Positions 44,526 to 62,606 are shown, counted from the stretch's first letter. The stretch is 64,000 nucleotides of DNA from Chrysomallon squamiferum (GCA_012295275.1 CM022679.1:12586001-12650000); one strand, 5' to 3'. Program-made: numbers and translations. The notes: a model not told the origin generated them from the letters alone.

Positions 44526-46091
44526 CTAATTTTTTCAGTTGGAATTCATTAAAAATCATTGCTTTTAATATATACATTTTTTTTAAATTAATAACTACTT
44601 AACTGTCGAACATTCCAAGTTTGTAATTCAGTTCGAGTTGGCAACAACCATGATCCAGATTTTGTGTCTGTAATGTCTTCTTGACCGAACCTCGATTTAA
44701 CGGGATATAATTTTATAAACTACCTAAACACACTGAGCCAAAGTTGAAACCAGTTTACGGACCTACTGTACTTAAGATAATTGGCTTTACCGAGCTGGAA
44801 CAAATTGCACAGTGAAAGCTTGGCCATGTTACGAAACCGTTATTTACTGTGTTTCACGGAATATGCACACAGCTATTGCAGACCGAACGTGTTTCATAAC
44901 TGGCCTTTAGAAAACGATCCTTGACATTTTCACGTTCGATATGTCCGCTATTCGAGACGTGTTTTTCTTTTTTTTTCTTTCCAACCCTGGAATCAATTGA
45001 TAAGAAATACGAGACACAAACCTTTCGTTGTGAATAGCTTATTCGTTGGATGACACCAGTATAGAGAAATATTCAACTGAACGTGTTAATGTGTCTTTCA
45101 TCTACTTATGTATGACAAAAAACGTCATAGTTCTTTGTTCGCACCGAGATCTGGTTTCGATTTATACTCTCGTTCACCTCGCAATCCGTACGACTGGGTT
45201 ACCTGTCCACAAATACCGGTTAGTGAATTCTGTATTAGTTTGCATTAAATTTTGCTAACGTCTCCATAGATGTTTTGTTTTTTTTCTTTAGATATTCTGG
45301 TCCCAAGGCTATGAAGAGAATATAATGTATTAAACGCTTACACATTAGTAAGATATGGTCTGATAATAACGGATTTTCATAAAGACATTAAAAAAGAAAA
45401 TTAGAAGAATAAACTCCAAATACTGGTAGTCGTAAACCAGTTACATTTTATAAACGTTTTATGTACGTTACAGTGCTTACGTTCAGTTACAGTTCAAACT
45501 AAATTCTAAGGACGTCGGTTTTGTTGCCAAAATTCTTGGATTCGTTCTGTTCTACGCTATCCATTATTATCTGATATATGTAATTTTTATTGCGTTACGA
45601 ATAAGTCGAAGGTATGAATAAATTGTCTGATAATTTTTTTATATATTTTAATAATATTAGTTTACTGCTTTTGAGCGCGCTGTCATTATTCATAACAATG
45701 TACGACAAAAATAATACGGTTACAAAAAAAGTGAATGCTGCCATTTTTTCCTTTCACAATTGGAATTTACGTGGTGGACTGACAGAGGGATTTTTTTGTT
45801 GTTGTTGTTGTTGTTTTTTGGTTTGTTCCTTCTTTTTTTTTTCTTATGCCAGAATAAAAGCATTGACGTCATAGTTAGAGAAAGGCTGTTTCTTTGTACC
45901 ATCAAATGTACATATTCTTTTTTTTTTTTTTTTTTACTACACTAACCAAGCTCGGTTTACAGTTAAATCCGTTATGAAATAGTATTAAGTTACATAAAAC
46001 TAAAGATTTTAAAATGTTGTTTTCATTTATTTATCAGTTAACCCTTTTGTTCTTATTTCATTATTTTAGTTACTTATTTATTTAGTTGATT

Positions 46092-46126
<35 letters not shown>

Positions 46127-46187
46127 CTGAATGTTTTAATTACTACAATTATTATTATTTTTTTTTTTCAGAGAGGACAACAGCGAG

Positions 46188-47690
46188 ATGCCTACTGATA
46201 ATTTCAAATCAAAATTAGCCTGGCCACCTGCACCGGCGAGTTTGTCGAACCCGGTGAAAAACGACTTTCCCGTTCACTTAAAGAATGTCGATCTTCTGCA
46301 GGAGCCTAAAAACGTGAGACTGTCGAACGCTTTGTTTTATTCGATTTTGAAAGGACGCCTACAGAAAACTAAATTCTTGCTAGACCAGGGCATCAACGTC
46401 AACGCTCGCAACGACCACGGGTTTAGTCCCCTGGTGGCCGCGTTGCACATCGACAAACTTTCTTTACGACGTAAACTATTTCGTATGCTCTTACAACATG
46501 GCGCTAACCCGCTGGGGCGAGATGTACCAAGCAACAGAGACGTTTTATCTTGGGCCGCTTTGCTGGGCCGCTGTGAAGAAGTGCAGATTCTTCTGGATGA
46601 TTTCGGAGGAGACATTCACCTCACCGATTTAGACAAACATGGGTTTTCTGCTCTCCACTACGCCACGCATTCTAACAGTTTAGATACTGTTCGAAGCCTC
46701 ATCGCCATATATAACAAATACAACATATCAGTGGATATTCAAGATCGCCAAGGAATGACGCCGTACGCTCACGCCAGGCGACTGGGACATAGTGAGGTCG
46801 CAGAAGTGCTGAGGAAAGAAGGAAACGCGTCCACCGGGCACGCAGATAATATTAATTTCAAAAGTCCCAGAGAATGGTCTCAGATAGGAAGGTTCGAGCG
46901 ACAACTAGACGAATACCAGTTAACGAAGAAAGAAATGGACAGAGCGAGACTGCTTGGCAGGATTAACAAAGCAAAGGCCCTCAGAGATCTGACGCTACAG
47001 AACGTAGTGCCAACACTGGCTTTGTTTCAGGATCAGGTTTCTTCCAGTCTCAAGTCTGATGCGTCTTCTGATTCTGCCGAAAAGAAAGGACGTCAGATTA
47101 ACGGGTTTGACTTTCTTTCTAGTCGTGACAACAAAACCAAAGATTCTGATAGACAAGTGAAGAGTGTGTGCGCGTTTCCTTCAAACAGATTCAAACCGAA
47201 GAAGGAATATGCAGACAAATACAGTCCTATGCCTTTAGATATGTCTTTCGATGATAACGATGCTCAAAGCGTAAAAACACGGTTTTCCAACAAAGCGGCT
47301 TTAAATTTGCTGGCCATGACGTCAGACAAAGGTAAGGTGGTTGCTAGGTTTCACAGTAGCGAAGTGGACAAATCAAAATCTTCTCAGTACCATGGCGACA
47401 ATGTCAATAACTTCCTGAACATACTCTCTGATCAGACATCGTCCTCGTATCGACAGTCTGTGACTGTCCCGCCCCCCCGGGCGCCAACCCCGCCTGTTCT
47501 CAAACGTAAGAAAAATAAGAGCAAAGTTTCGAGTTTGGCCATCATCATGGGACGACAACGAAGCGGAAACAAGAGGCGAAAACAGCCGAATCATTCCAAA
47601 ATTAATGAACTGCGAAAGAATAAGAAAACGAAAAACAAATCAAAGAATTTTCTACTACCTGATATAAAAATCAATGACCGCGCTGTCTGA
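46188..47690 (+). CDS. Ankyrin-repeat protein, ANKRD63/ANKRD34-like, single coding exon, 500 aa
   Basis: About 5 N-terminal ANK repeats (GINVNARNDHGFSPLVAA, LLQHGANP, DKHGFSALHYA, VDIQDRQGMTPYAHARRLGH) followed by a disordered Ser/Lys-rich tail with PPPRAPTPP. Splice acceptor ttttcag at ~46171, just before the ATG. Confidence 0.88.
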   Translation: MPTDNFKSKLAWPPAPASLSNPVKNDFPVHLKNVDLLQEPKNVRLSNALFYSILKGRLQKTKFLLDQGINVNARNDHGFSPLVAALHIDKLSLRRKLFRMLLQHGANPLGRDVPSNRDVLSWAALLGRCEEVQILLDDFGGDIHLTDLDKHGFSALHYATHSNSLDTVRSLIAIYNKYNISVDIQDRQGMTPYAHARRLGHSEVAEVLRKEGNASTGHADNINFKSPREWSQIGRFERQLDEYQLTKKEMDRARLLGRINKAKALRDLTLQNVVPTLALFQDQVSSSLKSDASSDSAEKKGRQINGFDFLSSRDNKTKDSDRQVKSVCAFPSNRFKPKKEYADKYSPMPLDMSFDDNDAQSVKTRFSNKAALNLLAMTSDKGKVVARFHSSEVDKSKSSQYHGDNVNNFLNILSDQTSSSYRQSVTVPPPRAPTPPVLKRKKNKSKVSSLAIIMGRQRSGNKRRKQPNHSKINELRKNKKTKNKSKNFLLPDIKINDRAV

Positions 47691-49119
47691 AAGACGGATT
47701 ACTTCAGTTGGTTTGATAATGATTTTAAAGATTAAAGATTAAGATAAAGATTAATGAAGGGAGCCGTCAGTGCTAAAGTTAATGTAAAGTTTTAGAAACT
47801 AATCTGAATAGACTAACGAATTAATCAAAAGATTCTGATTTTGGTGTTTTCATATTGATTATTGAAACGTGTATATATATATATATATCTATTTATTTAT
47901 TTACTACAGTAAAAGAAAAGAAAAGGAAAAAAGAATAAAATTTTAATGTTGGCAACTAAATCTATTACATGCTTATAAAGATGTTGTTTTTGTTATTTTT
48001 ATTTCATTAGTATATTTGAGTGATTACTGATATATTTGTATGCGTTTGTGTGTACGTGTATGGGTGTATGCATATATGTCTATACGTATGCATGTATAAG
48101 GAAATAAAATGAAGAAATAAAAGAATGAAATTAATATAATCAAAATACAAACAAAGGATACATGTATATTTGTCTGTGCATCAGTGTGTCTTTGTTGTTT
48201 ATATATAATGGTGAAACTGCGTATGTGTTTATATATTAGTCTGTGCATACATAATGTGATAATGTGCGTGATCGTGCAAGCATAGACAGGCAGATAAGCA
48301 GAATAATACTGTTTACACAGTCTAATTTTCAAGGTTTCAGAGTTAAAAAAAAATAATAATAATAAAAGTCATGTGTTTCGAAGTGGCTGCCATATGATCA
48401 GTAAAATGCATTGACAAATCTTCCAGTGCTATATTTTTAAAAGATATAAACACGTCAACAGTAGATGTTGATTTATCACTGTTCAAAACCGATCTCTATT
48501 TTTTCTCTTTCTTCTACAGTTGACACTTAAGCGAAAAAAAAAAAAAAAAAAAAAAAAATCATTTTTAAAATATGCAAACTGTCAAAACAGAAGAGAAAAA
48601 AAAAAAATTCAACAAAAAAATTCAACAAACATTTAAAAATAAAAATAAAAAACATATATCATCCACAGTGTTTGATCCAGAGAATATTAAGTTTTATACT
48701 TTCAAGAGAAAGAAATTTATTGTGGGATATGTATTTAGTATCCGCAGATTCAGTCGGGAAGGTTGTTTTATGACAGTCCTTTGTATAATGTGATACGTTA
48801 TCATCATCTGATCACAGACTGATTGATTTGTCCTCTCTGGCTAAACAGTTTCATGGCTTTGGACTTGTTCAGACATAACGGTGAATACATAGTGTCTCTA
48901 TATTAGAACTGATTTACGAATGTTTGTCAAGTTTAAGAAATAAGTAAATGAGCGCACTAGTATTTGTAACATGTAAAGAGAATATCCACCTGAGATGCGG
49001 TGCTGTGTATTGTTTTGTGTGCTTACGTACGCACAATCAGATATATATATACCTTCATTATAAAACATATAAACATACATACATACATACATACATACAT
49101 ACATACATACATACATACA

Positions 49120-49153
<34 letters not shown>

Positions 49154-50744
49154 CATACATAAATATATATATATATTCTTGTTTGTTTATTAATGCAAAA
49201 TATCAATATCGGCATTTTACATCAGAATACATGATAAATGATAAACAGGTCACATGCACAGACACACAGATATACACACACACACACACACGAAATAATA
49301 AATAAATAAATAGGACGAAGAAAATCAGACAATATATCGTTTAAATGTTTTGTTTATAAATAAAGGTTGTAGAAATAATAAACATAAAAAATAAATTGTT
49401 CTTAAATAATGGATCCAAAAAACAAAAAAGAACAATTTATATTGAAAACCACTAAAAATATCATTTATATGCAATTGTTGTAAATTACAAATGCTAAAAA
49501 GAAAAAAGTTTTTTTGATTGTTTTATATATTTTTTTTTTTTTTGCTACGTAATCTGTAAATAATTTATTGATGAAGAAAAATAACTTTTTTTAAATAAAA
49601 ATTAATAATGAAAAAGGAAGAAATAAGAGAAGAAAAATTTATATATAAATCCTATTAAATTATCGATTTCAGTAAACTGTTTTCGATTAGTAACTAATAC
49701 GTTCGAATCTAAGCACATATAATCTATATAAATTAACACGATTTAAATTCAAAAAATAATAATAAACAAAATAATAGTAATAAAAATAAAAGCAACAAAT
49801 GGTCGGAAAAAAAGAAAAAAAATCTTAATCCCTTTAAATATTCAATTTATATGTAAATTTGAAAAGAAAAGAAGCTTCCGCGAAGGTGATAAAATGATAT
49901 AAGTTCTAAGTAAATAATAAAAGAGTGTAAGGAAATTAATTTCCTGTTCTCTGTCTCGCGTGATATCGTTATAGCATGCAGAACGGCATCGTACTTGTTT
50001 AGCTTTTTGTCTCTTTTCAGATTATACCATGCGTCAATTGGGATAACTGTACTAATTTCCGTTACAGTCATTCAGAAGAGAAACAGTCTTCAAACAGCGT
50101 CTCTCAACACCATAAACAGAAGAAAAGACGACAACTGAGTCTGAACAAGACGGACAAAAAAAAAAATCATTAAAACTGAACTAATAGACCAAGAATAAAT
50201 CCGTTTATATAGATATATATATATATATATATACGCTGTTGACCCTCGATTTCTTGGACTAATAGGGAGGAAATACCGGTGTAGAAAATCGCAAATGTAA
50301 ACGTTAGCCCTAAAATTTATCGGAACTTTAGTACAACAACAGCTGTTTTGAAAATAATGTAAGAACAACAACAAACATATAAGTAATGTAAACCAATGTC
50401 ATACGATACATGTAAAAAAAAAAAAAAAAAAATGTAGAGTAGAAAAATTAAACAAAGTTGGGTTAGGATGATTATGGTTGCTGTTGTAAAATTTACTCTT
50501 ACTTTAATGGAAAGTGGGTTGAGGGAGAGTGCCGTGATCGTAAAGTGGATATCAAAATAAGTTACGTATTCTCTACGACCAGTCGTAACTCAAAACGGAC
50601 GTTAGTCGGCATACGTTTCAGCTTCTTTGCCTCTTAATGGAATAAGTTACTACTCTGCGTTTTCAGTTTCGCTTGTGCTGCAGTACAGAGCCACCGGACA
50701 GCATGTGCAATGAAGAAATTTTGTTTTCTTCTTCTTCTCTCTGT

Positions 50745-50783
<39 letters not shown>

Positions 50784-50900
50784 TTATTATTTTATTTTAT
50801 TTTATGCTATTTTGAATACGGATAGATTTAAGTCGCACCGGGTATGTTTTCGAATATTCAGAATTATATTACTTTTGCGAACATCATCATCATCATCCTT

Positions 50901-50987
<87 letters not shown>

Positions 50988-52154
50988 GCCGTATAAAACA
51001 ACATCTTCTGGATTTGATAATTTAGCCTTCATGAGTTAGTTCCCATTTCGTTCAAGAATTATAATTAGCTGTACATTTGTTTTGCTGAAAGAACACCTAG
51101 GTATCGATAGAGAATTAAATCGCAATGAATATAGCTGGTTTGTAGTATAGTTGTAGTAGCTGCAGCAACAGAATAAATAGCAGCAGTTGTGGTAGTAGCA
51201 GTAGTGGTGGTTATGGTGATGGTGATGCTAGTTATAAAAGGAATATTAATTATAATCATAATAATTTGATTGTATTCAAAACTGTAGAACCAGTTATATT
51301 TGTCATACTTGTGTAGAAGTACTTTTTGTTGTTGATGTGATTGTTGTTGATGTTATTGTTACCGCTGCTGTTGTCTCTTCGTAGTTTAAATAGTATAATA
51401 ATAGAAGCGGCATTAACAGTTGTAGTAGAAACATATTATAATAGTAGAACCAGCGGAGTAAGAGATGTTTGCGAATGTTTGCAATTAATAACACATAGAA
51501 ATTAGAAAAGATAATAAAAAAAAATAAATAACAGTTAATTAAAGTTTAAATATTGCAAATAGTTTAATAAATATATAATTATTTTTGAAATTACACGATA
51601 TTAAACAGGAAAACCTTATATATTTACAAAAGAAAACATAAGAAAAGAAATATAACAAAAATGACAAATAAATAAATAAATGAGAAAATATTAAAATCAA
51701 TATCAAATAATGACTAACGTGATCGAAAATGTTTAAAAGATGTTTTCTGATATAAATTCATTAATTAATTAAAAAGCATATAAAAAAATAAATATAAATT
51801 TTATGATTGTCTATTTTAATGATATAAATTAATCATTTCATTCATAAAGAATTAAAATCTTTGTCATAAAATGTATGAATTGAAACAAAATAATTGAGAC
51901 GGTTCACTGCAGCACAAATTTCATACCTAATTGACATGACACCTCTTAAAAACAAATTTCGAAAATTACTTTCCAATCTAGAACCACAATATTATTTCTA
52001 TAATACCAAATTAATCAAATTATTAACTTCTGACACACTATGAAATAAGTATATCTAAAAAACTGAATAAGTTTTAACATATTCACTAGGAACTTTTTCC
52101 AGTTAATTAGCATAATAATCTGATAAACCATTTTATGCTACTCTTTTTCGTGTC

Positions 52155-52281
52155 ATTGCTGACGTCATATTTATCACGTGGAAACAAACCGGACGTCACG
52201 GAAGTAACCTCTGGAAAATGTAGACATCAAAATGGCGCTGATCTGTGATTCTTTTCACTGAAATTATAACAATTTGAAGTA
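52155..52281 (+). promoter_or_regulatory. Candidate promoter and non-coding first exon of the C1GALT1 locus
   Basis: Cluster of TGACGTCA (CRE), CACGTG, GACGTCA, CGGAAGT (ETS) and AAAATGGCG (YY1) in otherwise AT-rich DNA, followed by the donor TAG|gtaatg at ~52281. Confidence 0.5.
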
Positions 52282-52823
52282 GGTAATGATTGTTTTATTT
52301 GAAACACGAACAAAAATATTTAGACTATATCGTTTAGATTCATTTTATTATAAAAGTTATTGAAAAAATGAATTACAGAGTGAAGGAACAATAAGAATAT
52401 ATGTATACATTTACAATATCATAAGGTTTCTAGGAGAAATTTGCCTTCATTAAATATAACATAATAAATTCAGATAATTACATTATTACGCTATTACTAC
52501 TAGATGTAAATAATAAGAGTAAATGAAAGATTATTATTAGTAGTAGTAGTAGTAGTAGTATTATCATCATCATCATCATTTGTTATATTTCTTTTCTTAT
52601 ATTTTCAATATCATCATCATCATTTTTTATTTATTTATGTCTTATTTTTATACTTTTATTTATTCATTTTATTTATTTATTTATTATGTTTATAATTTAA
52701 TTCGAGTTTATGGAACATGGCAAATAAGTCCATCGTAAAATTTCGGGATATTTGTAGGTTACTTCTCGGTATATAGATTCGAGAGTTCTTTGACAACGAA
52801 TATTTGGGAAAGGGATTTTTTAA

Positions 52824-52858
<35 letters not shown>

Positions 52859-53173
52859 ATTTTTTTCTCTCCCTTGAATTGGTTTTTCTTGACGGGTTGC
52901 ATTTATGTGGTAGGTTATTACTTTTTTTTTTTTTCTTTTGTCCACATATATCTACTTTTATTTAATTTTTCCCATTTCTTTGGCGTGAAATTGTTTATTT
53001 ATAATGAAGAATATAATAACGAAATTTAAAAATTCATAATATATTAAACTAATAAAATAAACTATTGTTTAAAATCCAGCTAAGATTTTATCGGGTATAA
53101 ATTTAATTATTTTATCCAGATCACTTTTAGGTTTTCTGTACGTCTGGCATTATTATTATTATTATTATTATTA

Positions 53174-53219
<46 letters not shown>

Positions 53220-54198
53220 ATTGTTTTTTGTTGTTGTTGTTTTCATCACTATCGTGTTATAGTTATTATTATTTTCCTCTTCTTTCTTTCTTTCTTTCTT
53301 TCTTTCTTATCTTATAAGCAACCGATCTAAAGTTTAAATTAACATTCTTCAATTAACTTTGTATTTTGTCCTAACAACTATAAGAATTCACGAAGAGAAA
53401 AATAACTAATAAAACTAATAAAAATATTATAATCTTGAAAATACGACTTCAGGTTTAATTGCCTAGGATAAGACGTAATTATGACGACATTAATTACTTT
53501 GATCTCGAGAATTCTCGCCCGGCGCGAGAATAATATTCGATGCTACACATGACTAACGTGAGTTTGTTTATTTTTGTCAGTTAAATGGCATCTCTCATTT
53601 ATCTACGATTGACTGTTGGTTCCCATTTATTTATTTATTATTATTATTATTATTACGTTTGGAAGGTCACAATAATTATTTTGTTTATATTTTTAAATTG
53701 TAAGAGTGGCCGTAGATGACGAAAACTTTTAGGAGCTGCAGGAAGCTGAACCTGTTAAATAGTGTTTCATTTATGATTTAACAATACTAGTACTACTACT
53801 ACTTCTTCTCCTACTACTACTATTAATAATAATATAGTAGTAGTAGTACTCGTAGTAATGTTAATAATAATAGTAGTAGTAGTAGTAAATATATATTTAA
53901 TGGATTTGCACAAATACAAAAAAATGGACAAACCAGAAATATTATTTATATAAAATTATACAAAAATAAGATTTAAGAATAATAATAAATTATTTATTGG
54001 TTTTTAATGGAATCCTGGAAAAGATTTTATTCATTTATTATTAAGACATCGCTTTTTGAAAATATTATTTCATTTTAATTTTAAAACTGAATGTTGATAT
54101 AATAAAAAATATATATACATTTTAAATTGCTGTTATAACTTACAATTAACAAAATAGATAAAATTATTCTCATTATCGTGAAAACAATATTTCTACCC

Positions 54199-54244
<46 letters not shown>

Positions 54245-54626
54245 AACAGCTATCAAAATAAATTACTGAAAGATCATGCTTCAAGATCATTTAGACTTTT
54301 ACCTGGAATGCGAAGTATGAGTTTGGAAATAGTTATCTTTCCCTTATAGAGTATGCAGTGAGTTCTTTCCCTTGAAAGACTGTCTTTTTTATTTCGGCTG
54401 CGCTAATTCAGTAATTATAACAATCATTGTCAGGACTGGACAATAATAATAAAAAAAAATAATAATGACAGTCGCAACGACAACGACAACAATAACAACA
54501 TCATAATAAATTTTACGATCGACTTTGCTTTTCCGGACTAAATAAATACAGTGTACGAGGCGCTGTATAAATGCATATATTTATTAATGTTACATTTGTT
54601 GTTTTTCAATCATTATTTCTTTTTTC

Positions 54627-54680
<54 letters not shown>

Positions 54681-54882
54681 TATTTATTTGGTAATATATT
54701 TATTTATTTGAACGTTCATAATGATTTTGTTCTCGTTATTTAATCAATAATTATTTTACTTTATTTTATTTTATATTTTTATAATTTATTATTTTATAAA
54801 TAAAATAAAATAAAATAATTTTATTATTATTATTTTTTATTTTTTTTTATATATTTATTTATTTATTTATTTTTATTTATTT

Positions 54883-54935
<53 letters not shown>

Positions 54936-55067
54936 GTCTATTTTTTGTTTGTCTTTTTATTTATTTATTTATTTATTTTTTTATTTATTATTTTTTTTTT
55001 TTTCAGTTCAGTTTCCATTACGAGACTGACCTAAGCCCTCACTTTATACTGGCTGTACAAGCTGATA

Positions 55068-57351
<2,284 letters not shown>

Positions 57352-57572
57352 AATAATTCTTAATTATGTCAGGTACAGAAACTCGGAGCATTCCATATTA
57401 AATTGTATATCAGTAACATATATTTATTTAAACGCACACTTAGCTTCATTCAAATTTAACACCTGCAAGAGATTCGTTTATGTTGCATCAGTTGTCCGTA
57501 ATATATCAGAAAAAAAGACAATGAGAAATAAAACGACATTGACTTCCCCAAAAGTGACAGACTTACCGAAGG

Positions 57573-57679
<107 letters not shown>

Positions 57680-59076
57680 GTACTGACTTTGCTTAAGAAA
57701 TGTTTAGAAATTTATATTTATACTAATTTGTGCTTGAATAAATATTTTTTTAAGATCGCAGTTTTAGTCATTATTATTATTATTATTATTGAAATAAAAC
57801 AAAGATATATATATATAATAAATATAATAATCAACGAATGTGTAGCATTAGTATTATAGAAGCATCAGTTCTAATATTAATATCAATTACTATAGTGGAA
57901 ACTAGTTAAATATAGTAGTAGTGGCGGACGTAATAATAATGATAATGATGAATTCATTAATTAAGTAATAATAACAATACATAATAATAACTACAATACC
58001 AAAAACAATAATAGTAGTAGTAGCAGCAGCAGCAGTAGTAGTGGTAGTAGTTATAGTTACAGTGGTTGTGATGCTAGTAGTGGTAATAATAGCACTAGAT
58101 GGAGCAAAAGTAACAACAGCAAAAGGTAGAGCAGTGGTCAATTATTAAATAATTAATTTCAATAAAAGTTAATAAATTAGTTAACTTCGTTTGTAATTGT
58201 CAAGGATAATGTATTTTATTTATTTATTTAAACTGGTCTAATAGTCGTGTGTGTTCTTGTAGTTCTGTAACTAAAAATAATGACGTAATATTAATTAGCA
58301 AAAAATAAAAAATAAAAAAATGGAGAAGTAAAGATAACTCTCATTTTTGAGCCTCACTCCCTAGAACCGCCTCTGTGGACTCAACATTAACATTCTCAAA
58401 ACAAAACTGAAATAACCGATAAGAAATGTTTACACCATTTCACCCAAAGCTACGACAACATAAGTGCCTCCAATTAATTTAACTACATGTTTTGCCTGCA
58501 GCTACTGATAACAAGAGACAAACCTTTTTCGTGTCTACAACAAGCGTATTCAGCTGCCTGTTCAAATCATCTTTCATTTTGTTCCCTAAAAATTGGTTCC
58601 TAGACGAATGCCAGAGAAAACGCTCTGTGTAACTTGGAGTTAACTCGTATTAAAGGTAAGTGGTAAATGTCATGACTGATGTACGGATTAGAAATGAGTA
58701 AGAATGTGTTTAAATTTGTGATCGGAGAGAGTAAAGGAAATTTTTTGTAACAATCACGAATATCTGTTATGAACACTAGCCAGTATTTAGATTCGCTACA
58801 ATCTTTATAAAAACAAAAAATGGTGGCCATACTTGTTTAACGTAAATGCCACGAACGGGAAACAAAAGTTTCAGATATATGTTTTTATTTATGATATTAT
58901 AGATTTGTTTGGTGATTCCGTTAGATATTCACCTCTTAAGAGTTTTCATTGCTTTGAGAGGTGAGTTTTTGAGAGTTATAACTTTATATTTTATTATATT
59001 AATTGTGATGGGAAAAAATAAAATAAAATAAAAAAATTACTTTAAAAAAAATTGTGACAGGTGCGGAAAATCGTCG

Positions 59077-59150
<74 letters not shown>

Positions 59151-60649
59151 TTAATTGTTATTATTGCTGTTGTTGTTGTTGTTATTATTATTATTTGATA
59201 CAGATTTTTCCATTATCTTAAAGTTAACAATATAATGCAAGTACTATGACAGAATTTGACTCGAATTACTCAGTTTCTTTTTCATTTATTCATTTATTTA
59301 TTTAATTATTTAAATCGTCAGGCATAGAAAGATAAAGGAATTTATCATATTTTTAACCTATTTTTTTTCCACTGTTACCTTTGTGTTTTGAAATTCCTTT
59401 CAAACAATACTTAACATACTGCATGACTGAGTCCTGTTGTTCTAAATCAAGGAATTTCTGAAAAGGGCGAATGGGAACATTTTCCTAACTGAAGTATAAT
59501 AACGTAGAGGAATGTTTTCTTTCTTTTCTCTTTCTTTTTGTCAGTTATGTTTTAGAACCTAGCGGCTGTCCATCTTTAGTGACTAATTTACTTTCAAGAT
59601 CAATATAAAAAGATTTTAAAAATGTTTTAAAAGATTTAAAAAAACAAAAACAATATGAAATGGATATATTTTGTTGAAATCGACCCTGTTTTGTTCACAA
59701 GCAACAATAACCGTATAGTGAAATATTCGAAAAAAAAAAAAATAATAATTAAAAAAAATAATAATAATAATAAAATAAAATTAATTAATTAACAAATATG
59801 CGCTCTTCTCTTGTTTTCTAAACGAAATGTTTTCTATTTTTTTAATTAGTTATAACAACAATTACGAACCCTCTCCTTTCTGGAAAACTGGATCCGATTC
59901 GCCTCTGATTACGAGACGTTACCTGGAACCATATAATTTATAGGGTGTAGTTTTCATAGGCCCCTATGGCTTAATTAGAATGAGACAGGCAGTACATAAT
60001 ATACCCTGGGAGCCATTTCTTCTTTTTATTATTATTATTATTATTATTTGCATAGATCAGTAGAGTCCTTAGGCTTATATTGTAGGTCGTTACTTCCACG
60101 AGTCTTTGGACAACATCTACGCCCGCTGGTTTAAGGTGGGTTGATGACATCTTGATAATTAAAACAGAATCGACGCCAGAGGGACAAACGTATTGATATT
60201 CCAGCGTTCAACGTTGTTTGAGCTTTTATCTATGTGAGATGTTGTGTGTTATTGTTGATGGTTGGAGTGTATTGTGTAATCTGTTACAGAATGTATAAGT
60301 ACCACAGGCATCCGACGTAATGAAGACCTATATTATTGTCTGTAAAAAAAAAATATATAATAATAATAATATAAAAAAGACATAAAAATTTATAAACGGG
60401 ATTCTGATAAAAAAAATAATAATTAGCATTATTATGATGTTTAAATTCATCATCAACGACATTATTTATTAGTAAAAACAGTAACTATATTAATATTTAT
60501 TTATTTGACTAGTAGCAACAGTAGCATCAGCTGTAGATAATTTTAATAGCGGTGGTTGCGGTAGTAGTAGTAGTTTTAGTAGTTATTGTTGTTGTTGTCA
60601 TTGTTACTGGGCTTTTTTTTAATTATGTATTTATTTTTTATTATTGTTA

Positions 60650-60683
<34 letters not shown>

Positions 60684-60753
60684 TATTGCCATTTTTTTTT
60701 ATCATTCTTCTTCAGATAATGCTGTAAAATTTCACACGTTCACATTTAAAATC

Positions 60754-61423
60754 ATGCCAGGATGTTTTACCACGCGACTGGATTTCATGGTCGGTTTTGC
60801 CATAGGATTCGGTTTGGCTGGACTTCTTGCTTTTATCAACAGCGTCAGTCAGACTAGACACACCCCATACAGCTCGCTGTTAATTCGTCACACATACAAC
60901 AGCGAGCTTGGTCACAGACATCTGCACTTCAGCGACAAAGAAGATCGCGCAAATTTCCACGCAGTTCAGGGTCAAGATCAGACCGTTGAAGCTCAGAATG
61001 TTGACTTCGACAGGGATTCACATTTTCATCACGGTACGTCAATATATTTGACGTTTTTTTGTTTTTTTTTGGATGCTGATGTTCTTCTTAAGCACGACAA
61101 TCCACCCAAATATGTTAAAAAGATTATTTCACCTTCCATCCAAATATCAGAGGCCATAAAAGAGCTTTTGTGTTTTTGACAAAATGCATATTTAAAGGCT
61201 CCCATGACACTCCCGATATATGTGGATCCTACTTCAGTATATTCCTATTTACGAAGCTATTCCCTGGTTTATCCTTTTTGATAATTAAAAATTTTAATAA
61301 TAATATTAATATTAGCACTATATAGGGTTTGTTTTGTCTTACATAGGATTTTGCTGAACCATTCCAATACGGAACTCGTAGGATTGCCTGGATAAATACG
61401 ATTATTTATAAAGACTACGAGAT

Positions 61424-61458
<35 letters not shown>

Positions 61459-62606
61459 TAGATGACGACACTCTTGCGAGAAATCTGGAGAAAAAGGTTA
61501 GGGTGCTGTGCTGGATCATGACGTCACCAGAGAATCTGAATAAACGCGCGGTACACGTGCGCAACACGTGGGGCAAGCGGTGCAATAAATTACTGTTTTT
61601 CAGCTCAGAAAGCAATTCTACGTTTCCCACCATTGGACTGAATGTTACAGAAGGTCGCAACCACCTTACTGCTAAGACGATTGGTAAGAAATTTGAACGT
61701 TTATTACCGTTTATATCAAGTATGTTACGATCGCTCACATGTTTGAGTGCTTAACAGTTTGTATGTATGTATTTTCCTATATCTGTGCTCGTTTAGGCGT
61801 GCTGGACAGTTTGTGTATATGCATTTGCCTATGTCTGTGCTCGATTATAATGTGCTGAACAGTATGTGTGTATGTACTTGCCTATGTCTATGTTTGGTGC
61901 ATGTAAGTGTGTCTACATACACGTATATGTATTGTGTTTGTATGATTTTTGCTAATTATTACATTAACAAATTTTTTAAATTATTTATTTGGTTATCTAT
62001 CTATCTATCCATCTATCTATATGTCTGTCTGTCTGCCTGTCTGTCTGCCTGCCTGTCTGTCTGTCTATCTATCTCTCTATCTATCTACATATCTATCTAT
62101 TTATTTCCCGTCATAATCACCATCATCATCATCATTATAATCTTTTTCATCATTACGTTTATCTATTTGCTATTTCTTAGAATGAACAACTAGAATTTAA
62201 AGAAAATAAAAACAGAAAACATTTTTATTAAATGTTTGTAACTAACCAGTCGATTATTTTTCAAATTTACATTCACTGAAAGTATCATTTAAAAAAAATT
62301 GTTTGTCTGTTTTCAGAATAAAAACAATGGTCAGCTAATATTTTGCCTTATGTCTTAATGTCGCCGTCCATTTTTATCTTCTATATCATGTAACAATTAT
62401 TGATGTCTAATTTGTTTTGTGTAAAAACGAAGATGTACGAGAACTAATGTCGACAAAAACGAAGTCAAATCGTTGATTGTCGCTAATTTCCGTCTTTTAT
62501 TTCTTACATCTTAAGGCATACATGCACTTGCAAATAACAGATTACGAAAGAAACATACAAGCATAAAAGAAATAACCAAAAAATGAAATCAAATATTTTG
62601 ATTGTG

